Part shown: positions 26,386 through 64,000 of the stretch, piece after piece
Position numbering within the stretch: the first letter of the stretch is position 1
Layout of the letters: the number at the start of each line of letters is the position of its first letter
NCBI GenBank assembly: GCA_013239625.1
Contig: PNXV01000239.1
Span: forward strand, 186,001-250,000
DNA: 64,000 bases
DNA from: Lama guanicoe
Taxonomy: Eukaryota
Reading direction: 5' to 3'
The notes under the pieces: model-generated
Told to the model about the DNA's origin: nothing
Databases searched by the model: none
The model's input: the letters and a program-made list of their open reading frames with translations, nothing else
Made by a program: the position numbers and the translations under genes

Positions 26386-26981
26386 CAAGGGAAGGTCAAG
26401 ATGCCTGGATGATAATAGTGGTTGTAATTATTGCTGTTGAGTGAGAGATCTTAATGTATCATCTAATTTAATCCTTACAACAAGTCTATGAGACAGATAG
26501 TTTCTTTGTCCCCATTTTACAGATAAGGAAACTTGAGGCTTCAGAAGTTAAGTCATTTGGCCATCCAGCTAGCAAGAGGCAGAGCTGGAACTCGAGCCCA
26601 GGGAGACTGGTTCCAGAAGACATATTGTTACCCACTTAACTAGGCTGAGTGGGGCAGGGTGGCTGGGCTGTTGGGTGAGGTGCTGGATAGGGAGAGAATA
26701 GGGTGAGTTCTCTCTGGTTTTTCTGCCTTTTTATGTTCACACTGGAAGGGATGAAAAGCAAACAGTTCAGCAGTAACTATCCATAATCTCACTATGTCCA
26801 TAGAAGTAGCCACAATTAAAGCCTGTTCACCTGGGAGCCCTTTATAGCACATTACTATCCTCGTAGAACTGAGCGTTATCCTGGTCACACCCTCTTATGT
26901 ATTCTCAAGGTGAGACTCCACGTGCCCTGCTGTGTCCTGCAACGAGCCTCACACCTCCTCTGTCCCATTTGTCTCTGGCAG

Positions 26982-52485
<25,504 letters not shown>

Positions 52486-53964
52486 GCAGAGGTCTCTGCC
52501 CTCCTCGCCTCAGGGACACCACTCGGCTCCACGGGGAGGTCCAGAACCAAACCACAGGTCCCCCAAGAACAGCCACTGTTTCTATATTTTTTACCAGAAA
52601 TGAAACTCTTGGTTGCTGAAGGATTCCAGTGGGACCTGGTGCCGTTTTTCTATTTGCCTTCTCGAAAAACAAGTGTCTGAATTGACTCTTTTTAGATGAT
52701 ACCTTGCCTTCTGTTTAATTGCTTTGAAGGGTCCACAATAACTTCTCAAGGGGAAGAACATTGTAGAGTTAGAGCTGGAAGGACCAAAGAGGTGAACCTG
52801 CCTGGAATTTCAAACTGTGGTCCATAAGCAAGGGGAGAAGGCTAAGCAGGAGGGCTCTGCCCTCTGCCTGCTGTTGCAACCAGACAGCTCCCCTCCTTTC
52901 TGTTTTATATATTGGCTTCTAAGGAATACAGAATTCTGCTACTGAAAGAGAATTTTGGTTTAAAAACCAGTAATGTGGCCCAACCTCCTTATTTGACAGG
53001 TGGGGAAACTGAGGCCTGGAGAGGCAAGTAATCAATCGGTCCCCAGAGAGTTCATGGCAGGGCTGGGCTGAGCACCTGGTCTCCTGGGTCTCTCTCTGCT
53101 GTTTGATGCAGCAGATGTGCAGGTCTCAGCCCACGGGGCAGGAATCTGTTGGTTCTGGCCTCAGCTGTGTCCCTGACTTGCTCAGTGACTTCTTGCAAGT
53201 CATTCCCTCTCTGGTCTCACTTTCTCTGTCTGAACAAGGGGGCCCTTGGAATGGGCTGTCCTCTGTAGGATCTGCCGCCTGAGATAAGAAACCTTGGCCT
53301 TGACCTGAAGAAAACTACATGTAGGGTGATGATCTGGGTTTGCTGCAGGAACGCAAAAGACATTGACAAAGAGGCAGCAAGAGTTTAACTTCAGGGAAAT
53401 AAGTCAAGGTTCAGCAGTAGAACACAGGCTGGAGGCCACTCTCTCTTCAACCAGAATCCATCGGATGTGGATACACACTATTCCTTATGTGGGGATGCAG
53501 ACAGCAGAGTGGTGCCCATGACCACTGACTGCCACCACCAAAGCCCTCAGGTCACAGAGCCTGCCTCCAGGATGATGTAAGCAGATTTCAGGCCAGGGTA
53601 AAAGAAGTCTCCAGGAGGTAGTGAGCCCCACACTGGAAGTGTGCCAGCAGAACCCCATGGCTGGCCACCCATGAAGGCTTCTGGAGTAGGATGACTACAC
53701 CAGGCAAGGAAGTGGGACCAGTTGGCCCTGACCTTCCCTTCTGGCCTGAGAGTTTTTCTGTGTCCCTCCTTTATGAATCTGTGTTCTGAGCCCTTTCTCT
53801 AAGGTTCTCTCTTTTTCAGTGGTCAATACAGCAGCCCAGCTAGAGATGGGGAATGTTGGGAGTTAAATGTGCCCCTCCTTGCCAAGGAGGTGCAGATGAT
53901 GAGTTTTGCCCATTGCACAGGATGATTCTGGAGCCAAGATGGGAACAGCAGGAGGTCACCTAGC

Positions 53965-54141
53965 CTGGTAGGTTTCAACCCAGGCTGTACATTAGAATCC
54001 CCTGGGAGCATTCAGGAAATAGATACCCAAGCCCAATCCTGGACCAACTGAAGTTCAATCTCCAGAGTAGGGCCTGGCCTTGTGTATGTTTTTATAAGTT
54101 TCCAGGTGATTCTGCAATACAGTGAGGATAGAGACCCACTG
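53965..54141. mobile_element. MER5-family MITE inside the CORO2A 3' UTR
   Basis: ttcaacccaggctgtacattagaatcccctgggagc...ccaggtgattctg...gagacccactg. Confidence 0.7.
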
Positions 54142-55225
54142 GGCTAGTCAACTTTACCTATTTGCAGTAAAGATGAGGACAGTGAGTACCAGACAGGTTC
54201 TGAGACTCCAACTCCATCTTCTAAGCCCAGGCTGGAAGCTCCTAAAAACATCAAGAAGCATTATCCAGGGTGTCTCTGGGACCCCCAGCTGCAACACGAA
54301 AAGGGCTCTGTGCTCCTGACTGCCCCCTCCGCTAGGTGAGGCTACAGTCACCTTGTGTGCCCGCACATGCTAGATGCCCACGATCCTTGTCGTGTTTACT
54401 CAGCTGCTGGGGCCCGCCAAGCTTGCCAAAGGCCAAATCCCAGGCATTGTCAGGGAATCAGAGCTCCGCTGGATGGGATTACCTCTCCCACCTCATTTGT
54501 GGCCAGCACTTCGCAGTTTACGTAGTCCTCCCACCTCCACTCACTGACACATCCTACTCTAATACGGGTCAGCTAGGCGTTAATGATCCCCACGTTCAGA
54601 AGGGAAGACCTAGCCTCAGAGAATGAAGAATCGTCAAGCCCAAGCCCAAAGGCACTGGCTGCCAGGCGTGGAGGTGGGGCTGGTCTGGGAAGCTGCCTGC
54701 ATGCCTCCTCTTCACAGAGCCATCCCGCCCTTCTCAAGCTCTCCCCGCCCCTAAGGGACCCAGACCTCATGCTTACGAAGGCATCCATGAACAAACTTCT
54801 TTTTTCTTTTTTTTTTACATCTACGGTAAATTATTTAAATTATTTCACAGCAAGGGAGAGGGATAGGTAATTTTTATCAGATATTTTTTAAGCCATTTTT
54901 TAAAATTACATTTATGTTCTTGCCTGATGAAATGGGACTTGCCCAGCACTTGCAGGGCCCTCAGGCTCAGGGCAAGCAGAATGTGTACTCATCTCCTTAC
55001 TCCATATCCTGGGAGCCCCCTGACTGTTGACTCAGGAACTTTCTGAGAATGAAGACAGCCCTGGGAGATGAGCTTTGGGGTGTATCCACCTTAGCTCTGC
55101 AATCATTGAGACTGTATCAAGCAGGAAGTGAGAAATTAATCTATGCTTTTCATATGAAACCGTGCCTGAAACAGTTTGATTGGTTTAATGTTGTTTCTGA
55201 AATTCCTTGTACCTTTGTAAAAAAA

Positions 55226-55308
55226 AATAAAATAATATAAAGAAATAAAAGTGAAAATATAAATAGATGTGGAATCGTGCAATGGAAAGAATGTGATAAA
55301 ATAATAAA
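55226..55308 (+). terminator. Cluster of polyadenylation signals for CORO2A
   Basis: AATAAA at 55226-55231, 55244-55249 and 55303-55308, followed by U-rich sequence (ttccttttcttgatttgtttc) at about 55340. Confidence 0.65.
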
Positions 55309-56149
55309 CATCTGCCTAGACATTTTAATACATAGAGCTTTCCTTTTCTTGATTTGTTTCATAAATACCAATTTCCCTCACTATCTGAAAAGTAGAGGTT
55401 CTTGTGAAATCTTTCATAAGTCAAAATGGCTAAAGTGAAGAAGCAGTAACATTAACACATCGTGCTAACAGGTACACAAAATAAATCAAGATAAAGCACA
55501 AATGCTCACAGATACAGTTCAAAGCTATGCCTGCTTAATGTTGACATGCTGAGTGCTCCTTCCCCAGGAAGGAGCTTGGCGGTGCCACTCTCACTGCTTG
55601 GGGTGCACGGGGTGGGGGGTGCACGCTGCCTCTATAATGGCTCCCTGCAAAACAAACACTGAATGCTCTTTTCGCTTTTTGCATGCAAGGGAAACTTCAC
55701 TTCAGATTTCTTTGTTAGGGAAAACAAGTACTAATACAGGTCTTTCGTAAAAGCAAGGTGGCATAAAGTGAACTTTTGAAAATACCTGTAAGTACCTATT
55801 TGTTTGGGCCAGAAACCAGGCTGGGAAACAGGCAAGACAGACTTGGTTCCTGCCCTCCAATCAGTTTTCAGTCGTAGTTGGAAGGAAGGGCAGGGCCTGG
55901 GCAGGGGATGTGCAGGCTGCTCTGGGAGATGCAAGAAAGGCTTCCTGATACTTAGGCAGAAACTTGGAGGATAAACAGGAATAAATGGGGCAATGGGCAT
56001 ATGGGGAAAAGAGTGTTCTGAGCACTCTTTGGAACTACTTGTTCCCTGGTCTGGAAATGAGCAAAGGATGGAGCACAGACAGGGCAGAGATCAAGGATAT
56101 TAAGTGTACGAAGAGCCAAGGGCCTTGTAGGTGAGAGCTGAGATGTCTC

Positions 56150-56912
56150 CCTAGCTTTACTGAGGTATGAGTCACAAAAATTGTATCTACTTAGGTTGTA
56201 TGTGATTTCTTAAGGTGTACAATGTGATGATTTAATATATAAATACATTGTAAAGTGATTACCACAATCAAGTTAATTAATACATCCATCACTTCATATT
56301 GTTACCATTTTTCATGTGTGGTGAGAACAGCTGAGATTTACTCTCAACAAATTTCAAGTATACAATTTAGTATTATTAACTATATTCACCATGCTGTACA
56401 TTAGATCCCCAGAACTTATGCCTTCTGTAACTGATGGTTTGTACCCTTTTCCTTCACTCCATCTTTTTCCGCTAGCCTCTGACAACTACCCTTCCACTCT
56501 GTTTCTATGAGTTTGACTTTTTTTTTTTTTTTCAGATTCACATATTTAGATACCATACAGTATATGTCTTTCTCTGTCTGGCTTATCTTACTTAGCATAA
56601 TGTCTTTCAGGCTCATTCACTTTGAAAATGGCAGGATTTCCTTTAAGTCTAAATAACATTTCACTATATATACATACATATACCACATCTTCTTTATCCA
56701 TTCTTGGAAACTTATGTTATTTCCGTATTTCGGCTATTGTGAATAATGCTGCAGTGAACATGGACGTGCAGATCTCTCTTTGAGATATTGACTTCATATT
56801 CTTTGGAATATACACCCAAAAGCCGGATTGTTGGATCACGTGGTAGCTCTAGTTTTAATTTTTTGAGGAACCTCCTTACTGTTTTACATAATGGCTGTAC
56901 CCATTCACTTCC
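56150..56912 (-). mobile_element. L1MA-like 3' fragment between CORO2A and TRIM14
   Basis: agctttactgaggtatg...aaatttcaagtatacaat...cagattcacatattt...tttttgaggaacctcc. Confidence 0.85.
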
Positions 56913-57345
56913 GTGGATGTTGAAACTTTAGCATGGGGGCAACTGGAGTTTCCAGAGTGATTTTCCACAATTGAGGGAATAGCTAATTCTCTTGGGGAAA
57001 GGGCAAGAGACAATTAAGGGAAAGGGAAAAGTGTAAGTAATGCACAGCATCCGGGAAGGCCACAGCCAACTTTGGTTCCTGACGAGCGTCACTTAGCAGG
57101 GAACCCCACCTCCTTCCAGTTAGCCCATTAGAAGCAAGCCCCCAATGTGCTGTGGCCGCCTCCAGGCCAGACACAGAGCCGGCTAGACCGGGCCTGAGCC
57201 CTCCCTGCCAGGGCAGGTGGGCCGGAGAGCACCCTGCTGCCCCGAGGGTGATGATACTGCGACTGTCCCCCGGCCGGGGGCGCCCTGTAGTTCGTCCTTC
57301 CCTCCCGGAACTGGGCCGACCCAGAGCGCCCCGCCCCACCGCCCA

Positions 57346-57357
57346 AGTTTCGATTCC
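57346..57357 (+). promoter_or_regulatory. ISRE / IRF-binding element in the TRIM14 promoter
   Basis: AGTTTCGATTCC (reverse complement GGAATCGAAACT) about 45 nt upstream of the ATG; TRIM14 is an established interferon-stimulated gene. Confidence 0.7.
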
Positions 57358-57401
57358 CTGCTTGCCCCTGGCTGCGGCGCAGCGGCCCGAAACGGGTGAA
57401 A

Positions 57402-57617
57402 ATGGCGGGCACGGCGGCGCTAAGCAGGACACCTGGAGGGCTGGGCCCCGCGGAGCCCGAGGACGCGCGCGGCTGGCGCTGCCCGGAGCATGGCGACCGC
57501 GCGGCCGAGCTCTTCTGTCGCCGCTGCCGCCGCTGCGTGTGCGCGCTTTGCCCGCTGCTGGGCGCGCACCGCGGCCACCCGGTCGACCTGGCGCGGGAGG
57601 AGGCGGCGCGCGTGCAG
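57402..57617 (+). CDS. TRIM14: TRIM14 coding exon 1 (B-box type 2; RING-less TRIM), 72 aa
   Basis: aaaATGG Kozak; [12 protein letters not shown]...[37 protein letters not shown]...RVQ; donor CAG|gtaagg. Confidence 0.95.
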
Positions 57618-60209
57618 GTAAGGACGGGCGCGAGCCCCCGAGTAACGGGCGGAGAGGGGCGTGCCACTAACAGTTACCGGTTGGGACCAGGACCCCACGG
57701 CGGCCGGAGACCATCTAGGCGGCCGAGCTATTGTTCAGAAAGAGAAACTGAGGCCCCAAAAAGGGCAACGGCGAGCCAAGGCCATCAATTAAGCTTCAGA
57801 AAAGGTGGGTTTGAGAGTGAGAACTTGGGTACCCTAGGTGGTCCCCAGATATCCAGGACCTCGTCCTCCACGATGGGTCCATCACACTGCCTTTGGCCCG
57901 GAAGAATGTCTACCTCTTAACAAAGATGAAAAAAATCCCTTCTGCCTAGAAAACCGCCGTGTAGCTCCGGAAAGCCACTGTGGACGGCCTGGCCCGGTCG
58001 CCCAGGGAACGCCCTCAGCGGCCCTCTGCTACCCCGTTCTGCGCTTCCCCCTCCACATCCGCTCCATTCCTCGCTCTTAACAGCCTGGAGGGAGCTAGAA
58101 GGCCACTTCGTCAATAAGAAGAAGAAGGTTCTGGAGGCAGAGACGGGCCTTGAACCCAGGACTCCACCAGCTGAACTGCCCCCAACGGCCCATGCTCACT
58201 GTGAAGCTCTCACCTATGCTTAATCCTCATAGTGGAAGGGGGTTCTGAACTCTTGTTCCAGCCTTGTGGCCGACTTGTCCAGTGACTCTGGTCAAATCCC
58301 CCCACCTCTCTAGGCTAGACGGGCCCTCCTGTCACAGAAGTTGATTCTACCACTTCCAACTTTAAGAAGTCTTCAGTGATTAAGTCACCCCCACAGTGAC
58401 CTATCCCCCTGCACAGCACAAATTAACACCATCACATTGTGACAACCTTGGAGCTCCAAGCTGAGAACGGGCCATGTTGGGGCCATTCTAGCAGGTGGGG
58501 TCCAGGATTCAATACCTGCTTCTGCCTCCCAGGTCTTCCTTTTCTTATTTATAAAATGGCTGTAATAATAATAGTAGCTTCTCAAAAGGCTGCTTTCAGA
58601 GTTAACAAGGCTACTTTCAGAGATATGGCTTCTGGGTCTCATAGGCAGGTGCCCCCCACCCTACCCATTTTGCCTCCACACACCCACCCACTCATCTATC
58701 TGTTCATCCATCATCCATCCACTCATTCATTCATTCATTAGACATCTATTCAGTACATAGATCAATTCTTCCCTGACCTGGAGGAGTTCCTTGGCTAGTT
58801 GGGGGAGAACAAACACTGACAATACAGTATGGTAAGTATTATAATTGGGAAGCCTGAGGCAGTGGTCAGAGGGAGCCAAAGAGAGGACACTGTGAACCAG
58901 GGACAGGAAGCCCAGAAGACTTCCTGGAGGAGGTGCCATTGGAGCTGGCCATAAAGAATAAATGGGGTTTCACCAGGTACCTGGAAAGGAGAAGCACCCT
59001 GTGACTGGAAAGCACAAGCACCAGGAGGCTGGGTTGTCTTTGGCTGATGGACAGGATCTAGACTTGAAGCCTTAGAAATCACAGTGGGTTAAGGATGTGC
59101 TCTTGGAAGTTGAGGCTGTAGCTTATAGTTGGGTTTCTATTGTGTTCCCAGCCCCACTGCTTACTCACTCCCAACCCTCCTCCTAGACTAAAACTGCACA
59201 CAGTAGCAAATGCTTGTTGGATGTTAAAATAAGAGCTACACCTGTTGAGCACTTACTGTCTTCCAAACACTACATCAAGCACTTTGTGTACTTCTCATTC
59301 TCTAGAGCAATTCTGTGGGGTTATCCCCATGCTTACAGCTGAGAAAAGCAAGGTTTAAAAAGGTGAGGTCATTTGCCCAGGTCATGTGGAAGGAGAACTG
59401 AGACTCAGACTAAGGAGTTCCCATCTGACTCTGGGGCTCTGGCTCATAACTTGCTGGGTGGCTTCAGCTGTCCACTTGAAGGTGGCAGCCCCTGGTAATT
59501 CAGCAAACACTTTTGGTCACCCCCTGGTCCCTATAGGGGAGCCAAGAATGGAGCAAGCCTGCCCTCGGGAAGCTCCCCGTCATCCCAGCAGCTGAGTGTA
59601 AGGTGGGATGTAAGAAGGTAAGATGGAGGTAAGGTCACACCTGGTAGAGAGAGGGTCCCAGAGCATACCTTTGGAGAAATGGCAATTGTAAAAATCAGAG
59701 ATATGAAAGGGAGCCATCTCCAGTGAGAGAGATCACAAACCCCACAGGCCTCTCCCACATGCAGGTCTTCTGAACCCCAATCCAGGCAGAGGAACACAGA
59801 CCAACCCTGGATGCAAGTTCCATGAGGGCAGCTCCTGGAACAGGGCCCAGCATGTATTAGGTACTCAGTATTCACTCTAGAAGTGAATGCTCTTCCCCTG
59901 CCCCCAAACTGCTTGCCTTAAGGGTCCTATTTGAGGGCCTGGAAAAGCAGGTCACAAGCAGGACTGTCCTAGAGAAAAGGGGGTGCATCAATATTTGGAG
60001 AATACCTGATGAGGGCCTCTGAGGATCAGAGGGTCCCTGGTTTCAGCTGATTCTCCAACTTGCCTCTTAACTTTGGGCAAGTCACCTCACCTGTGTCTCA
60101 GATACCTCAGGTGAAAAAAATACAGGGTGAGCGGTGATGACCCCTGGGGTGCTTTGTTATCATGAAAAGGACAGCATTAAGGCTTTTCTCCTGACTCCTT
60201 CACATACAG

Positions 60210-60305
60210 AAATTCACCCAAGAATGTTTAACGCGGCTGGCATCCAAGAAGCACGAGCAAGTTGGCAACATAACCCAGATAGAAGACGCTGCTGAGAAGC
60301 TCAAG
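60210..60305 (+). CDS. TRIM14: TRIM14 coding exon 2 (coiled coil [32 protein letters not shown]), 96 nt; gene continues beyond the window
   Basis: Acceptor cacatacag|AAA; homologous to human [32 protein letters not shown] as I recall it; 96-nt phase-0 exon typical of TRIM genes; donor AAG|gcaagt. Confidence 0.9.
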
Positions 60306-60409
60306 GCAAGTGGGTGATCTTTCCTTATTCTCACTGCAATGCCCACATTCCCTCTCAGACACATGGTTCTCCCCAAGCTGGAGCTAAGGGAAAATGAACA
60401 CCAACCTCA

Positions 60410-60563
60410 AAGGGGCGGATCAGGTTTAGTAGGGCCTGGGTCTTCTATAATTTAGGGGGCCCTTTGGAGAAAACACCAAATTAGCTGCAAGATCATGAAG
60501 GGGCTGTGCTAGGGAGGGGCCTGGGGCTCCTGTTTCATTAGCTTTGTGGTGAATCTACCTCTG
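60410..60563. mobile_element. ORSL-like hAT-Tip100 relic
   Basis: aggggcggatcagg...gggcct...ataatttagggggccct ... gtgaatctacctctg, with degenerate TIRs. Confidence 0.5.
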
Positions 60564-62745
60564 CTCAGTGCCTGGCGCTTACCCCGTAACACCTGATAAG
60601 ATGGAGGAATGGCCTGTCTCCTGCCATTGCCAAGCCCACTCTCTTGGAGAGACTAGTCCTCCATGCCCTACACCCCAAGTTGCTTAAGCAAAGCAAAATA
60701 CAAGGTAAGGAATATGCAAAGCAAACAGGTATAAATGTATTCCATAAATATCTACTTTCTTTAGGTTTCTGCTTTCATGATGCTTATTTAAGTGGCTTCT
60801 TTTGTGGTTTCAAGTGGGAAGTTGGCTGACAGTATTCCAGCTGCTGTTGTGACTGAAAACGCTATTGCTTCTTAGGGACCTTTTATGTGAACTTGGCCAG
60901 TCCCTTCCCTTCTCGGCCTCAGCTGCCGCCTCCTCAAAATTGGGGAGCGATGCCTTCCCAGGGCCTATCTCACTGAGGACTCTGGAAACCCTGGGGTGAC
61001 CACCACAAGTCAGGCGGGGAGACTGGCTCTGACCGTGGGCATAGCTAGCACCCAGGTCTTCCTGAGGCCAGGCGCACAGTGGAATGAAAATGCCGAGACC
61101 CACATCGGGCCACAGAATTGGCCATCTGTTTGCCCAACATCTGTTATCTTTTGGGTGACTGCACTCCCCAGTTTGTTGGGGTCGGTTATAGTTTACATCT
61201 GTGTCCCCCGCTTAATTACTAATCATGTCATGTCTTCAAGAGCAGGACTCTGAGTTTAGACCAATACATCAGTTCAAAAGGATTTGGGAACTGAGAGTTG
61301 ACATGCCCGAAGGGATAGGGGAGGTGCTTTGGGCTGTTTGTCCAAAAGAAGAGTCTCCGGGCACAGGCTCACTGTCTGTAAATCTCTGAGCAGATATGGT
61401 TTAGGCTCCCTCGAGGAGAGAGTTAGGACATGTATAGAAAGCCTAAGGGAGGAGGTTGCAGCTTCATCTAAGGAATGGGTTTCTTTCTTTGAACCTTCTC
61501 CCCAACTTTTAAACTGTTTTGAAATAATTACAGATTCATAGACAGTTACAAAGGTAGTGCATGACCGTGGATGGATGACAAGATTCTTTGCCCCTCCCCA
61601 GGCCGGTGGGTGGAGTTTCCCTGGTGCCTAGTTGAGGGGTAGAGCAGCTCTCTGTGAATCTGGTTTGATGCAGGTCAGGTGGCCCCCTTCCCACTCCCAG
61701 AGGGAATGAAGCCATGTGCCCGGGAGTCCTTTTAGATGACCAGGCGCCTGCGTGCTCTGGCTCTCACACACATCTCCACCCCTACCCTGCCTGGCTCACT
61801 CAGCTCAGCTCTGATGCCAAATTCCCTCTTTGTTTTTGGCCCCTGAAGATTTCCTTTCTATTGTTATTGTCTGTTTGATTGCGGGGTTTGGTTTTGTTTT
61901 GTTTTCCAGCTTGGTCATATAATTTTAAAATTTGTCGTTGTATCAGCATTTCCATGTGTTTGAAGTAGCAAGGGGGATCTTCCGTGTCAGCTTCTTCTCC
62001 CTTATTGACCAAAACTATGTGTCATTTTACATACAGGGCATTTTGTTGTTTAAGACCATAACCTTTCCCTAGGTCATTAAAAGTCTGTCATCAGTGTGAG
62101 TGTGAGAGGCTGTATATGCCATTGTATGGATCTACCATGATTCGTGAAGCCATTTTCCTAATGTTGAACATTTAGATCATTTCCAGTTTTTCACTCATGT
62201 GAAGCAACACTGCAGTGATATTTGGCACCTTGGTTTATTTCCTTTGGGACACACCTGTAGACTTGACTCACCAGGCTCAACTGGCCCAGGTGTTGCCAGG
62301 GACTCCCGTGCATTCCACCCAGCTATGGCGGGCAGGGTTTGTGGCAGAGAGGTCTGGGCTAACAGTGCTGCTCCGTCCTTGCTTACCCAGAGGCAGTACT
62401 TGGGAAAAGGGCATCTGCCTGCAAATTAATCCATAAAACAGCTTGGTAAACAAATCGGAACCAATAAAGTTCATAGTGATCCAGAGTCCACTGTTCAGAA
62501 GCCGATGACCAGGCCTAACTAACCACTCCTTTCTAGAGAGCAGTCAAGAAGGATTTGATCATTAATTCCCAGCTGACACCCATTCAGTGATTTTCTCTGA
62601 CATCCTTGTTAATAAGCTGTTTGCTTCCCCACCATGGCTCCTCAGGGGGCTGATACATGCCAGGTGTAGGGAAAAAAAAATCAACATATGCTTGCCACCC
62701 TAACTTTTTATTTTGACTAGGATGGGATGACAGTATAGCAGAGTG

Positions 62746-62868
62746 GTGGTGGGAGGATATAGCTCATGCTTAGCATGCATGAGGTCCTGGGTTCAATCCC
62801 GTAGTACCTCCTCAAAGAATAAATAAATAAACCTAATTACCTCCCTCCACACACGCAAAAAAAGTTCA
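62746..62868 (+). mobile_element. Camelid-type tRNA-derived SINE with 17-bp TSD (1 mismatch) and an A-box deletion
   Basis: gggaggatatagctca...gaggtcctgggttcaatccc...aataaataaataaacctaattacctccc; GACAGTATAGCAGA(G/A)TG at 62729-62745 and 62869-62885. Confidence 0.85.
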
Positions 62869-64000
62869 GACAGTATAGCAGAATGATTATGTTCTTTCCA
62901 GTCTTCTGAATTATCCACAATGAGCTTTTGATACTTTTGTAAACAAACAAAAAGTATATAAATATTATATGTGTATTTAACATTGGTTATTGTCCATTGA
63001 ATCCAAACCATCCAGATCGGGATTTAGAATGGGCGTAGGCTGTCAGAGCTCAAGGGCCCTTGGAAATGGAGACACCCAGAAAGAGGAGATAACTTATCAC
63101 TGGCCACGTAGGAAGGCAGAGGTGGACCTGGGGCCACAGCTGTATCCATCAAGGTCCACCCAGGAAAACAGAAGCCACTCGGAGTCTTTTGGACAGAGGG
63201 GATAAATGCAGGGAGTGGTGACACAGCCGGGAAGAGGCGGAGAAGCCAGCCAGTGGGTGGCAAGGCAATTAGCATCAGAGGAAGCACCTTCACTCCTGCG
63301 GGGACGAAGGAGGAGGTGGCATTAGCAGAGAGCAAGGTCAGGGCTACCTAAGCAGGAGTGGAACCAGAGCGGGCTGGCCTGTGGGAACTGGAGGGTGGAG
63401 AGGGCTGAGGGATGCAGCCCTGGCCCTGGTGGGAGGGATGTCCTGGTGGGAGGGATACCCTAGCTGCCTTCTTCCCTTCACCCTTTGACCTCCCTCTAGT
63501 TCCTCCTGCCATTGACCAAACCCAGCCTGAAGGAGGATCCTGGTAATTCTGCCTGCGGGAGTCAGACCCTCAGGCAGAGCCAGGGAAGGACAGGAAATGG
63601 ACCTGAGACACTTAGGCCTAGACTGACACCCCAGGGAGTGAAATACACAGCCTTGGTTCCTGGCTCTGTGCCTTTTCCTGTGACCCACCAGAGCTGTAGG
63701 GACTGAAACCCAGCCTGGGGTCGAGGGACCAGCAATGTGACATAAACCAGCCTTTGACAGAGTGGGAATGGGAAGACCAGGACTCAGCCAGGCCATACTG
63801 TCAACCTTGATGGTGCCACTGGTCCCCATCACCCCTGCTGAGCACGGCCGCCCCTCTGGCTCCCCCTGCAGGCCGCTGCCTCGTATCAACTTCATGGGGA
63901 CAGCAGGGCTAACATGGTCCGGCAGGACTGGAGAGGGAAGCTGCTTCCCTTGTGGGACGCCCGCCCGTGAACGGTGCCCACAGCAAGACTGTCCAAAGTC

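Larger units (their letters stand above)
52486..55330 (+). other. CORO2A: CORO2A 3' UTR (approximate end)
   Basis: Follows the stop codon; ends in an AU-rich block with several AATAAA hexamers; contains MIR/L3/MER5-like relics. Confidence 0.6.
57150..57760. promoter_or_regulatory. TRIM14: TRIM14 CpG island / promoter
   Basis: Dense CpG and very high GC across the promoter and exon 1; GC boxes at 57328-57337 and 57339-57344; no TATA box. Confidence 0.85.

Noticed and set aside
56008..56030. Short hairpin AAAGAGTG-ttctgag-CACTCTTT downstream of the CORO2A polyA region
   Set aside because: Too short for a pre-miRNA, and intrinsic terminators do not apply to Pol II; such 8-bp stems arise by chance.
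56983..57698. Overlapping 90-180 aa ORFs on both strands around TRIM14 exon 1
   Set aside because: Stop-codon depletion in a CpG island; only the B-box frame has recognisable homology.

Overview
Mammalian (eukaryotic) genomic DNA, most likely a camelid (camel/alpaca/llama). This rests on two copies of a camelid-type tRNA-derived SINE and no recognisable primate, ruminant, pig, cetacean or carnivore SINEs. The window holds the complete coding sequence of CORO2A (coronin-2A) on the + strand: 11 coding exons from 26982 to 52485, all GT-AG, summing to 1578 nt = 525 aa plus stop. Its long first intron covers about 1-26981, with the tail of a CpG island at the left edge, and a 3' UTR of about 2.8 kb ends near AATAAA signals at about 55.2-55.3 kb. 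About 2 kb downstream, on the same strand, are the CpG-island promoter and first two coding exons of the interferon-stimulated gene TRIM14 (B-box exon 57402-57617; 96-nt coiled-coil exon 60210-60305, which appears to use a GC donor). The rest is intron, rich in L1, L2, MIR, MaLR/ERV LTRs, hAT/Tc-mariner fossils and microsatellites. Nearly all ORFs in the supplied track are spurious. I found no convincing previously undescribed biological system. The best leads are regulatory or splicing hypotheses: a GC-AG intron in TRIM14, a STAT/NF-kB composite site, a MER41-like solo LTR with a GAS motif, a compact FOXA/HNF4/GC/TATA module upstream of the first coding exon, an unexplained palindromic TAAT-rich element at about 11.2 kb, and cryptic splice/polyA signals in CORO2A. 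Repeat family names are from pattern recognition, not a database search.
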